A stretch of DNA of 59,175 bases from a virus. A program made the translations under genes and the position numbers. The notes beneath the pieces were generated by a model. That model was given only the letters and a program-made list of their open reading frames with translations. It was not told the origin of the DNA and did not search any database. The stretch's first letter is position 1. Each line of letters opens with the position of its first letter. Shown in pieces: positions 48,336 through 57,191 of this stretch. The stretch is from positions 1 to 59,175 of IMG/VR virus record IMGVR_UViG_3300045988_086641. The stretch is one strand, 5' to 3'.

Positions 48336-48768
48336 ACTAAAACAAGGTACTAATTATTACCAACCATTATGTTATTTCCCTATTGGTTATATATACTTAA
48401 GTATTTCTAATGTTAATCCAGGACAATTCTTTGGTGGTACTTGGGAACCTATAAAGGATAGATTCTTATTACTAGCTGGTGATACTTATAAGGGTGGTCA
48501 AACCGGTGGAGAAGCAACTCATATACTAACCCTTAATGAATTAGCAGCCCACGAACATGGAATGGTAAAAGGCTCATACAGTGGTAATGTTTTGGCAGAT
48601 AGAGGTGATGGTGGAGGTGGAGGTGTTCGAGTTTCATACGCCCCAAATGTCGCAGTTCAGTCAAACTGTTGGATAGGAAACTATATGGAATCAAGAGGAG
48701 GTAATAAACCACATAATAATATGCCACCTTACATAGTTGTTTATGGTTGGGTTAAGATAAGTAATTAG
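48319..48768 (+). CDS. Tail-collar-domain protein, paralogue 4
   Basis: RBS GGAGGAGGTG 6 nt before ATG 48319; 'PIGYIYLSISNVNPGQFFGGTWE'; 'AAHEHG'; 'GGNKPHNNMPPYIVVYGWVKI'. Confidence 0.55.
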   Translation: MPTPIKLKQGTNYYQPLCYFPIGYIYLSISNVNPGQFFGGTWEPIKDRFLLLAGDTYKGGQTGGEATHILTLNELAAHEHGMVKGSYSGNVLADRGDGGGGGVRVSYAPNVAVQSNCWIGNYMESRGGNKPHNNMPPYIVVYGWVKISN

Positions 48769-48803
48769 TAATCATAAAATATTTAATGAAGGAGGTAAGA
48801 TAC

Positions 48804-49196
48804 ATGTTACCGGAGTTAAATCTAATAAATCAATTAGACGAACAGATGACATCTTATACATATAATATAAATAGAAATACCAATCGTATTTCTGGTTACA
48901 TAGACGATAAAGATGCCATTATACAATCCATCTATTTAATACTTCAAACAGAAAGATATGAATCAATGATTTATAACTGGTATTATGGGGTAGAATTTGA
49001 TGGTCTAATTGGTAAACAAAGAGATTATGTCACCAGCGAACTACAAAGAGTTATTAGAGAAGCATTAACCGAAGATGATAGAATTCTAGAAGTAAGTGAT
49101 TTTGATATTACTTATACAGAAGATAGTGCTTCAATAGTATTTTTAGTAGAAACAAACATTGGTGATATAACAATTGAATGGGAGGTGAATATTTAA
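48804..49196 (+). CDS. Baseplate wedge protein (gp25/GPW-like)
   Basis: 'SIYLILQTERYESMIYNWYYGVEF' resembles the GPW/gp25 'I..L.T..GER...P.fG' motif; RBS GGAGG. Confidence 0.4.
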   Translation: MLPELNLINQLDEQMTSYTYNINRNTNRISGYIDDKDAIIQSIYLILQTERYESMIYNWYYGVEFDGLIGKQRDYVTSELQRVIREALTEDDRILEVSDFDITYTEDSASIVFLVETNIGDITIEWEVNI

Positions 49197-50260
49197 TGAA
49201 TGAAATACCTACTTATGAACAAATATTACAGAGATGTTTAGATAGAGTTCCTAATAGTATTGATAAGAGACAAGGGTCTATTATATATGATGCTTTAGCA
49301 CCATGTTGTGTAGAATTAGCTCAAATGTACATAGAATTATCAGGAGTTTATGAACAAGTATTTATTGATACTGCCGTAGGGGATGCTTTAGATGCCTTGG
49401 TTAAACAGAATGGAGTAACCAGAAAAGAAGCTACTAAAGCAATTAGAAAAGGTGAATTCAATATGGTGGTACCTGTTGATTCTAGATTTTCTGATGGAAC
49501 TAATTCTTATATAGTTATTTCTAATATAGAAGGAACTAATAATTCTAGGTTACAATGTGAACAAGCTGGTATTGTTGGTAATAGTTATTATGGTTCTCTT
49601 ACTCCGATTAGCTTTATTACTGGACTAACTAAAGCAGAATTAACTGATATCATTGATTTAGGGGATGATACAGAAACAGATGATGCTTTAAGGGAAAGAT
49701 ATATGGAAGTTGTTACAGCACCTCAATTTGGTGGTAATGTTTCAGATTATCAGAATAAAGTAAAAGCTCTTACGGGCGTTGGTGGATGTAAAGTTGTTCC
49801 TATATGGAATGGTGGCGGAACAGTTAAGTTAATTATTACTAATAGCCAATATGGGGTTCCAGATGGAACATTAGTAAGTGAAGTTCAACAAGCAGTTGAC
49901 CCAACTCAAGACCAAACAGGAATGGGTATTGCTCCAATAGGACATATCGTTACAGTAGTTGGTGCAGAAGCATTAAATATTTCTATATCAGCAACATTTA
50001 CCTTACAAGCTGGAACTAGTGCGGAGGATATTCAAGAAAGTGTAAATGAGGTTGTAGATAATTATTTCAATTCTTTAGCTAAAGATTGGGATAAAGAAGA
50101 AAATATTATTGTAAGGGTAAGTCAACTAGAAACAAGGTTATTAGGAATAGCTGGGGTTTTAGATATTACTAATACTAAAATAAATAATGGAACTGCTAAT
50201 ATTTCGTTAGATAGTGACCAAATACCTGTAAGAAATGGAGATGTGGTAATCAATGTCTAA
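49196..50260 (+). CDS. Baseplate J-like protein
   Basis: 360 aa; positional call within the PBSX-like XkdS-T-U order; RBS GGAGG. Confidence 0.45.
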   Translation: MNEIPTYEQILQRCLDRVPNSIDKRQGSIIYDALAPCCVELAQMYIELSGVYEQVFIDTAVGDALDALVKQNGVTRKEATKAIRKGEFNMVVPVDSRFSDGTNSYIVISNIEGTNNSRLQCEQAGIVGNSYYGSLTPISFITGLTKAELTDIIDLGDDTETDDALRERYMEVVTAPQFGGNVSDYQNKVKALTGVGGCKVVPIWNGGGTVKLIITNSQYGVPDGTLVSEVQQAVDPTQDQTGMGIAPIGHIVTVVGAEALNISISATFTLQAGTSAEDIQESVNEVVDNYFNSLAKDWDKEENIIVRVSQLETRLLGIAGVLDITNTKINNGTANISLDSDQIPVRNGDVVINV

Positions 50261-50816
50261 TATTCATAAATATTTACCTAAAGTATTACAACCCATTTTA
50301 GAGTTTCAGCTAATTAACCAAGATTTAGATATAGAATTATCTTTATTAGATGGTTATATAGCTGATATAAATAAGGAAACAATAGTTCAAACAGCTTCTG
50401 ACTATGGTATAAGTAAATGGGAAAATGCCCTTGGAATTATACCTGGAGACACAGATTCTTTAGAAGTTAGAAGATTTAGAGTTAATAATATTCTTACAAG
50501 TAAGCTACCATATACTATTAGATGGTTAAGACAAAAACTTACAGAAATTACAGGTTCATCTACTGGATGGACCTTGAATATGAATTATCAAGATTATACG
50601 GCAACAATTATTCTATCAGGTCTTGATACAGAATTGATGTTGGAAGTAGAAAAACAATTAAGAAATGCTATACCAGCCAATATAGAGCTAGAAATAGGGG
50701 GACCTTCTATAGCTGGAGGAAATGTTTTAGTTGGAATAGCAATGAATTATGGTACTAAATATAAAATACCTAGTGCTTATAATATAAATGAAGAAGGAGG
50801 TATAGTAAATGTTTAA
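50253..50816 (+). CDS. Baseplate/tail protein I-like (XkdU-like)
   Basis: Positional call after the J-like gene. Confidence 0.35.
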   Translation: MSNIHKYLPKVLQPILEFQLINQDLDIELSLLDGYIADINKETIVQTASDYGISKWENALGIIPGDTDSLEVRRFRVNNILTSKLPYTIRWLRQKLTEITGSSTGWTLNMNYQDYTATIILSGLDTELMLEVEKQLRNAIPANIELEIGGPSIAGGNVLVGIAMNYGTKYKIPSAYNINEEGGIVNV

Positions 50817-51612
50817 TGGATTACAATTAACTAATAAAGGTTTAGAATTACTTACCAATCTATTAAATGGTCATAATATCCAATTCACTCATATTAAGAT
50901 GGGTGACGGGGAAGCACCATCGGATATATCTATTATGACTGATTTAGTTAGTGTTAAGCAAAGTTTACCAATAGCGCGTAGTTCTATTATAGATTATAAA
51001 ACTATGTTAATTGGTGCTAACCTATATGGTGAAACAGTAACTGCGGCATTCTATTGGAAGGAAGTTGGGTTATACGCCAAAGATTTAGATGGCGATAATA
51101 CAGAATACTTATTTAGTTATGATAATGCTGGAGATGAAGCAAGTTATATACCAGCAGGAGGAGCTGTTTCAGAGCAGTTAATAGATTTAAGCGTTATAGT
51201 AGGAAATGTAAATAATGTAACTATTACTATTGATAAATCATTAGTGTATGCCACACAAGATGATATGGACCAAGCTATCACCAATGTAACTAATACCTTA
51301 ACTACTAAAATAAATACAGATGTTGGTGCAGTTAATACAGCATTAACAAATCATATCAATAATAAAGCTAATCCACATACTGTTACTAAAGGGCAGGTCG
51401 GATTAGGAAGCGTCAGTAATTATGGGGTAGCCAGTCAGCAAGAAGCACAAAATGGTTCAGTAGATAATAAATACATGACACCATTAAAAACAAAACAAGC
51501 TGTAGAGGCTTATGGTGTTATTAGTGATGGAAATATTATTTTAAAAATTGGTGGAACCCAACCACAAGTACAAGCAGGAAAAACCATTATTTGGATTGAT
51601 ACTTCAAGTTAG
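50809..51612 (+). CDS. Tail fibre protein
   Basis: Position after the baseplate genes; Ser/Thr/Asn-rich. Confidence 0.45.
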   Translation: MFNGLQLTNKGLELLTNLLNGHNIQFTHIKMGDGEAPSDISIMTDLVSVKQSLPIARSSIIDYKTMLIGANLYGETVTAAFYWKEVGLYAKDLDGDNTEYLFSYDNAGDEASYIPAGGAVSEQLIDLSVIVGNVNNVTITIDKSLVYATQDDMDQAITNVTNTLTTKINTDVGAVNTALTNHINNKANPHTVTKGQVGLGSVSNYGVASQQEAQNGSVDNKYMTPLKTKQAVEAYGVISDGNIILKIGGTQPQVQAGKTIIWIDTSS

Positions 51613-51624
51613 GAGGTGTAATGA

Positions 51625-52743
51625 ATGGCGTGGATAAGTGAAGCCAATTCTAGTAGTTATGTAAACGTTGCTACTAATGTTGGTGGTGAAATTAGAAATG
51701 TTTCTAGAAATGGTACTACAGTTTCATTTCAATACAGAGCATATATTTATCAAAGTACCTCTGCCTGGTCGAGTAATACTTGGGCTTTATGGGTTGAAGG
51801 AAATAGAAATGTAGTTAAAAATAGTGGTACAAATTCAAGTCGAGGAACTAAATATTACACAGGTTGGTATAGCAAAACAGTATCACTGGCAACTAACTCT
51901 AGTTATACCACGGTCAGTGTTGGTGTTGCAGGTAAAAACTATGCAGCATCCAGTCCGAATGGATATGTAACCTTAGGGGTACATGAATTACCAACAGCAG
52001 CAGCTCCTAGTTTAAGCGGTTTATCTATTAGTAATGTATCAGATAAATCAGCAAAGATTTCATTCAATATAAATAATACTAACAATGCTAGTGTAACGGA
52101 TAGCTATATAGATTTAAGTTTATCTAACTGGGGTTCAGTAGTAAAGACTATTAGTTCCAGAAGTGGAACATTCACAGGATTAGACCCAAACCGAACATAT
52201 TATGCCAGAGGTAATGCAGCAAACGCAGCAGGAAGAAGTTATACAAGTGTTAGTAGTTTTAAAACTACATTCATAAATCCAGGTGCACCTGGTAAACCAA
52301 GTTTAAGTTATGACCAACCAGAACCAATACCAAGAGCCAAGATAACCGGTAAATGGAATGCTGGAACAGCAGGTTCTACAGCGGTTGCTGGGTATAGAGT
52401 TAGATTATATAAGAATGGTACTCAAGTAGAAGTAGTAGATACAGATAGTGCAAATACTTCCTACACATTCCCTAAAACATTAGAGGAATATGGATTTGAA
52501 CCAGGAGATGTATTAGCGATAGGTATATATGCTTATAGTAAGGATTGGCAAGGAACCAAGTTCTTTAATGGTGGTGGTGCTAGTACAGCGATAGTAATGA
52601 GTGATAATCTTACTATAGTTTCAGATAAGTATATATGGGTAAGTATAAATGGTCAATCATTTAATAAACATAAGATGTACGTAAGTATAAATGGTGGTAG
52701 TTTTCAAGAAGTAAGAAAAGAGAAGTTTAAAGTTATTCAATAA
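51625..52743 (+). CDS. Tail fibre / receptor-binding protein with fibronectin-III-like domain
   Basis: 'TGLDPNRTYYARGNAANAAGRSYTSVSSFKT' has an FN3-like signature; Ser/Thr/Asn-rich. Confidence 0.45.
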   Translation: MAWISEANSSSYVNVATNVGGEIRNVSRNGTTVSFQYRAYIYQSTSAWSSNTWALWVEGNRNVVKNSGTNSSRGTKYYTGWYSKTVSLATNSSYTTVSVGVAGKNYAASSPNGYVTLGVHELPTAAAPSLSGLSISNVSDKSAKISFNINNTNNASVTDSYIDLSLSNWGSVVKTISSRSGTFTGLDPNRTYYARGNAANAAGRSYTSVSSFKTTFINPGAPGKPSLSYDQPEPIPRAKITGKWNAGTAGSTAVAGYRVRLYKNGTQVEVVDTDSANTSYTFPKTLEEYGFEPGDVLAIGIYAYSKDWQGTKFFNGGGASTAIVMSDNLTIVSDKYIWVSINGQSFNKHKMYVSINGGSFQEVRKEKFKVIQ

Positions 52744-52755
52744 GGAGGATAAAAA

Positions 52756-53370
52756 ATGGAGTGGTTTACAGCATTTCTAATGGGTATAACAGCTATTATA
52801 TCAGCTCTTGGTACTTTAGTGGTTACTGCCTATAAAACTAAAAAGCAGATAGATGAAACAATACCTAGGAAAGTAAAGAAACAATCAGGTATAGATATGG
52901 AAATTGTAGATAAGATGGAAGATTTAAAGGAATTACTTGGTGCTGATAGAGTTCAGATATATGATTTCAGTAATGGTGGTCACTGGGCGAATGGAAGGTC
53001 AGCATTAAAAACTAGTTGTACATATGAAGTAGTTAGAGCTGGGGTATATGGATGTCAAAGTAAATTACAAATGGTTCCAATAAGCTGCATACCTAGATTT
53101 ATTCATACATTACTTGATAAAGAGACATTAGAAGTTACTAATTTAGAAGATATTAAAGAACCAATGCCTAGTACCTATAATATTAAACATTCGCAAGGAG
53201 TTAAGTCATTCTATGACATAATTCTTAATAATAAAGAAGGGGAGCCAATAGGATTTCTAGGTATTCAATATGTTCATAAATGTCATAAATCATATAATAA
53301 TAATGATAGAGAAGAGGTATTGAGACTAAAATTCTTTATCGAAGAAAAACTTGAAAAGATGATTAAATAA
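52756..53370 (+). CDS. N-terminally membrane-anchored protein of the lysis region (unknown role)
   Basis: N-terminal TM 'AFLMGITAIISALGTLVVTAY' followed by a ~180-aa soluble domain. Confidence 0.4.
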   Translation: MEWFTAFLMGITAIISALGTLVVTAYKTKKQIDETIPRKVKKQSGIDMEIVDKMEDLKELLGADRVQIYDFSNGGHWANGRSALKTSCTYEVVRAGVYGCQSKLQMVPISCIPRFIHTLLDKETLEVTNLEDIKEPMPSTYNIKHSQGVKSFYDIILNNKEGEPIGFLGIQYVHKCHKSYNNNDREEVLRLKFFIEEKLEKMIK

Positions 53371-53385
53371 GAAAGGAGAATTGCT

Positions 53386-53631
53386 ATGACAATGGAAGTT
53401 ATTTTCATGGGAGTTACTGCAATAGTTACAGCTATTTTAGGTATGTTCTTCAAAGATAGCGTAATTCCTTCAAGATTTATTCCAATTCAAAACCTAGTAA
53501 TTGGAATAATTGCGGCAGTATTAGCAGTAGTATTTGGTCTATTTGATAATATTGCTTTAGCAGTTGTAGTAAGTCTATTTACAGCATTCGGCGTAGGTGG
53601 ACTATACGATTTAGCAAAAACTAAAAAGTAG
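53386..53631 (+). CDS. Holin
   Basis: 81 aa, two TM helices and a charged C-terminus (KTKK), immediately upstream of the endolysin. Confidence 0.6.
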   Translation: MTMEVIFMGVTAIVTAILGMFFKDSVIPSRFIPIQNLVIGIIAAVLAVVFGLFDNIALAVVVSLFTAFGVGGLYDLAKTKK

Positions 53632-53646
53632 AAAGGAGGTATTGTA

Positions 53647-53775
53647 ATGCCCGAAGAATTTAATGATATTGAATTAAAAGAGCAGCCAGAAGAAGAAATG
53701 GGTCCAGAGCATGAAGAAAGTTTTGGTATTCCTGGCGAAGATGTAGAATTCGAAGAAGAGGAGGTGGAAGAGTAA
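53647..53775 (+). CDS. small highly acidic protein (42 aa)
   Basis: RBS AAAGGAGG before ATG 53647; it ends where the endolysin starts. Confidence 0.35.
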   Translation: MPEEFNDIELKEQPEEEMGPEHEESFGIPGEDVEFEEEEVEE

Positions 53776-54872
53776 TGGCAGTATTTGGTATTGATATTAG
53801 TACTTGGCAAAGAGGTTATCCTTATGATAAAGCTAACTCTGAAGGAGTTAAGTTTGCTATCTTAAGAGCTGGTTATAGTCAAACTAAAGATAATCAATTT
53901 GAAACCCATTATGCTAACGCTAAAAGATTAGGATGGGGGGTTGGAGCTTATTGGTATATGTATGCCAAATCAGTTTCAGCAGCACAAGCAGAAGCAAGAG
54001 CATTCTTAAAAGCAATCGCTGGTAAACAATTTGATTATCCAGTATATCTAGATATAGAAGACCCTAGTATTAGAGGATTAGGTAGAAATACTTTAAACGC
54101 TATGGTCAAAGCCTTTGGAGAAATCATTGAAGCAGCTGGTTATTACTTTGGTGTTTATACTAATGTAGATTGGTATAGAAATGTTATTAGTGGTTCGGAA
54201 TTAAATAAGAAATACGATTGGTGGATTGCTAGTTGGTCTAAAAATAAACCAAGTGGTGTAAATGCTGGATTATGGCAATTCGGTGGTAGTACAAATGTTC
54301 TTAGAAGTCCTAAAATAGCAGGAGTAGTTACAGACCAAGATTATGCTTATAAAGATTATCCAAGCATTATCAAAGAAGCTGGTTTGAATGGTTATGGTAG
54401 CGGTTCTGTAGCACCAACACCTGGTAAAACTATTGAACAATTAGCTCAAGAAGTTATTCAAGGAGTATGGGGTAACGGACAAGATAGAAAGAATGCTTTA
54501 ACTAATGCCGGATATGATTATTCAGCAGTACAAGCTAGAGTAAATGAAATTCTAGGAACTGGTTCAAAACCCGCTAAAAAATCTAATGAGGAAATTGCTA
54601 ACGAAGTTATTGCTGGTAAATGGGGAAATGGTAATGATAGAAAGAATAGACTTACCAATGCCGGTTATGATTATAGTGTTATTCAAGCTATTGTAAATAA
54701 AAAACTTGGTTCTAGTAATAGTAAAGCTGTATACCATAAAGTGGTGTATGGGGATACTTTATATGATATAGCTATTAAATATGGTACAACAATCGGTGCT
54801 ATCCAAAAACTAAACCCTAAAATTACTAACGCTAATAAAATCTATGCAGGGGATACAATTAGAGTTAAGTAA
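53775..54872 (+). CDS. Endolysin: GH25 muramidase + 2x CW_7 (Cpl-7-like) repeats + C-terminal LysM
   Basis: GH25 N-terminus 'FGIDISTWQRGYPYD...KFAILRAGY'; two 'GVWGNGQDRKNALTNAGYDYSAVQ' / 'GKWGNGNDRKNRLTNAGYDYSVIQ' repeats; LysM 'YHKVVYGDTLYDIAIKYGTTIGAIQKLN'. Confidence 0.8.
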   Translation: MAVFGIDISTWQRGYPYDKANSEGVKFAILRAGYSQTKDNQFETHYANAKRLGWGVGAYWYMYAKSVSAAQAEARAFLKAIAGKQFDYPVYLDIEDPSIRGLGRNTLNAMVKAFGEIIEAAGYYFGVYTNVDWYRNVISGSELNKKYDWWIASWSKNKPSGVNAGLWQFGGSTNVLRSPKIAGVVTDQDYAYKDYPSIIKEAGLNGYGSGSVAPTPGKTIEQLAQEVIQGVWGNGQDRKNALTNAGYDYSAVQARVNEILGTGSKPAKKSNEEIANEVIAGKWGNGNDRKNRLTNAGYDYSVIQAIVNKKLGSSNSKAVYHKVVYGDTLYDIAIKYGTTIGAIQKLNPKITNANKIYAGDTIRVK

Positions 54873-54884
54873 TTAAACTTATTA

Positions 54885-54907
54885 AGAGCCTACTTGGCTC
54901 TTTTTTG
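54885..54907 (+). terminator. Intrinsic terminator (AGAGCC/GGCTCT + T6)
   Basis: 'agagcctacttggctcttttttg'. Confidence 0.65.
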
Positions 54908-54950
54908 TTGTTAAAAATAAAAAGTTTTTAAAGAACTTTTATTTTATGCC

Positions 54951-54979
54951 TTGATTTTTCCATAAAGATATCATATAAT
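54951..54979 (+). promoter_or_regulatory. Sigma-A-type promoter TTGATT-17-TATAAT within the conserved ~90-bp element (copy 2)
   Basis: Canonical spacing; the element is shared with 24405-24502. Confidence 0.6.
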
Positions 54980-55010
54980 AATATCAATTATTAAAGGAAG
55001 GAGAATTGAA

Positions 55011-55235
55011 ATGAAAGAGAACATTGAAAAAAAGATAACAGAAAAGGAAAATGCTATCAAAACTATGAATATGGAAATGGAGGATATCAAAAAAGGATTA
55101 AAGCAACTTACATTAGAAGAATACGAAATTGAAAACTTCATAATTAAACAATGCCTTAGAATAAAGGAATTAAGAAGTAATATTAAAACATTACAATATG
55201 AAGTTTATGAACTTATGCGAATATTAAAATATTAA
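55011..55235 (+). CDS. hypothetical coiled-coil protein
   Basis: RBS AAGGAAGGAG. Confidence 0.45.
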   Translation: MKENIEKKITEKENAIKTMNMEMEDIKKGLKQLTLEEYEIENFIIKQCLRIKELRSNIKTLQYEVYELMRILKY

Positions 55236-55264
55236 AAAATGAAAAATAAAGAAAGGTGATTAAA

Positions 55265-55702
55265 ATGAAATTTGAAAAAGTTAACTTAAATCCGAAAGGG
55301 TTTAAAGCCAATGATTGTGTTGTGAGGGCATTATGTCCAGCCCTCGGATGCAGTTGGCAAGAAACATATTTCCAACTATGTAAGATTGGTTCAAAGAAAT
55401 GTAGAATGCCAAATGAGAAACAAGTTTATGAAGCATTACTAAAAGAGTATGGATGGATTAAACAGAAAATGCCAAAACATGCCGATGGTACTAGGTATAC
55501 AGTTGGGGAACTAATAGAAACCTATAAAGGTCCAATGGTTATTAGTATAGCGCATCATTTAACCTATGCAATAGGTCATACTATACAAGATACTTGGGAC
55601 TGTAGTAATAAAGCAGTTGGTAATTACTGGATACAGGAAGATAACGACTTTTGTATTACATTAGACGAAATAAATAAAAAAGTAAGGAGAATGTTATTAT
55701 AA
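55265..55702 (+). CDS. hypothetical protein
   Basis: RBS AAAGG 8 nt before ATG 55265 (the track starts it at GTG 55256). Confidence 0.45.
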   Translation: MKFEKVNLNPKGFKANDCVVRALCPALGCSWQETYFQLCKIGSKKCRMPNEKQVYEALLKEYGWIKQKMPKHADGTRYTVGELIETYKGPMVISIAHHLTYAIGHTIQDTWDCSNKAVGNYWIQEDNDFCITLDEINKKVRRMLL

Positions 55703-56061
55703 TGACAGAAGAATTTTTAAAAGAAAATGGAAGAATAATTAACCGAATTGATTTCGGTAAAGGAGATAGTTGTATTACTTATAAACTATACTACTATAAC
55801 GATGAATATTATTTAGTAGAATTAGCAAGTGGTCAACCACTAGTATTAAGAGAAGTTAATTTTACAGATTATACTAAAATAGGAGATTCTATGGTAGCCA
55901 AGAAGTGTTGTATCTGCGGTCAAGAGTTTATTGGTTATGGTAATAATCCATATCCAATATCTTATAGAGGTACATGTTGCGATGAATGTAATACCAATGT
56001 GGTAATACCAAAAAGATTAGAACAATTAAGATATGAAAAGGAGTTGGGTATTGATGAATAG
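55702..56061 (+). CDS. zinc-ribbon protein
   Basis: 'CCICGQ...CCDECN' cysteine pairs. Confidence 0.4.
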   Translation: MTEEFLKENGRIINRIDFGKGDSCITYKLYYYNDEYYLVELASGQPLVLREVNFTDYTKIGDSMVAKKCCICGQEFIGYGNNPYPISYRGTCCDECNTNVVIPKRLEQLRYEKELGIDE

Positions 56062-56293
56062 AATTGAATTAAGGTATGACAAAAGTGTAACCCCTCATAC
56101 CCTTGAAGTTAGAAATGATATTAAGGGGGTTACAAATGAATTACTTATGGTACTATTTGGTAATAGTGCTGATACGTTATTTGATTTATTAACTAATGTT
56201 GATTATAGTAAATTAGATAGCTATATGAGTTATGGTACATATGTAAAAGAAAAGAAAGGTAGGAAAAAGAAAAATGAAACATCCAACAGTTAG
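56054..56293 (+). CDS. hypothetical protein
   Basis: RBS AAGGAG before ATG 56054. Confidence 0.35.
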   Translation: MNRIELRYDKSVTPHTLEVRNDIKGVTNELLMVLFGNSADTLFDLLTNVDYSKLDSYMSYGTYVKEKKGRKKKNETSNS

Positions 56294-56543
56294 AAAAGAT
56301 ATGATGAAAGATATAGTAGTTGATTACCGAGGATGCGGGCATAAAGAATACTACGGATGTTTAGTTTGGAGGGATGGTTTACAATATTGTAGAAGATGTA
56401 TCCACGAGATATGGGTTAAGGAAAACCCTAACGGATGGAAACCAGGACCTGATGAAAAATACTTTCCTCTGTATTCAGATGGTAAAGATTACAGATGTTC
56501 AGAAGAAGGTGAAACCATTGCCAACGAAGAGACCATTGTTTAA
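56274..56543 (+). CDS. Cys/His-rich putative zinc-binding protein
   Basis: 'CGHKEYYGC...CRRCIHE'. Confidence 0.35.
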   Translation: MKHPTVRKDMMKDIVVDYRGCGHKEYYGCLVWRDGLQYCRRCIHEIWVKENPNGWKPGPDEKYFPLYSDGKDYRCSEEGETIANEETIV

Positions 56544-56847
56544 TATAGGGGTAGAAAAGGATACCCATATAAAAGAAAGAGATATTGAGCCGATAAATTA
56601 TATTGAAAAAGATAAAAAGTCGTTAAATAACGAAATATGCAGCGAATATCACCCAGATGCTGGTACAGATAGATTTGTATTAACAAAAGATGGAAAAACA
56701 TATGCTTGTAAATTCTATGATAGAAAAGAAGATAGGTTTATCGGTTCTAGCTTTTTAGCTATGTGTATGTTAAATGATTATTACGATAGAAGTATTCTGC
56801 CAGAATATGAAGATGGAAATTATTTTATGAAAGGAGCACAAAAATGA
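56536..56847 (+). CDS. hypothetical protein (start uncertain)
   Basis: The frame is open from 56374 but overlaps the previous gene entirely. An in-frame TTG at 56536 overlaps the upstream stop. Confidence 0.25.
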   Translation: MFNIGVEKDTHIKERDIEPINYIEKDKKSLNNEICSEYHPDAGTDRFVLTKDGKTYACKFYDRKEDRFIGSSFLAMCMLNDYYDRSILPEYEDGNYFMKGAQK

Positions 56848-57164
56848 CAGATGCTAAAAGATATAAAGATTTAGTTTTTGATTTATTATGTAGGTATAGA
56901 GCATTAAGAGATAACGTTAATCTTCTATACCTCGCTTGTATTATGGAAATAAGAGGAAGAGAGTATATAGAGAATACTACATTAAAAGAACACTTCAAAG
57001 ATAATATGAATGACCCATTACAAAAGAAAATGCCTTCAATGGCTTCCATTATTAGATTAAATACAAAGTTACAAAAAGAATATCCTAATTTAAGAGGAAC
57101 GAATTGGGAAGAAAAGCAAAAACATTCTAAAGATTATAAAAGAGATTTAGGATACCACGTATAA
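56844..57164 (+). CDS. hypothetical protein
   Basis: ORF ending '...YHV*' inside the CCACGTATAAT motif. Confidence 0.4.
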   Translation: MTDAKRYKDLVFDLLCRYRALRDNVNLLYLACIMEIRGREYIENTTLKEHFKDNMNDPLQKKMPSMASIIRLNTKLQKEYPNLRGTNWEEKQKHSKDYKRDLGYHV

Positions 57165-57172
57165 TATAATTA
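57155..57172 (+). promoter_or_regulatory. Phage promoter variant CCACGTATAATATAATT upstream of the SNF2 gene
   Basis: Same 11-mer as at 9444-9454. Confidence 0.4.
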
Positions 57173-57191
57173 CGGAAAGGATTGGTTATCG

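Noticed and set aside
757-53810. All minus-strand ORFs in the six-frame track (e.g. 757-1053, 3533-3868, 15686-16081, 32339-32731, 35551-35994, 37167-37568, 53487-53810)
   Set aside because: Each lies entirely inside a well-supported plus-strand gene and has low-complexity L/I/S/F-rich translations typical of the antisense of AT-rich coding DNA. No RBS or motif supports any of them, and the genome is otherwise strictly unidirectional.
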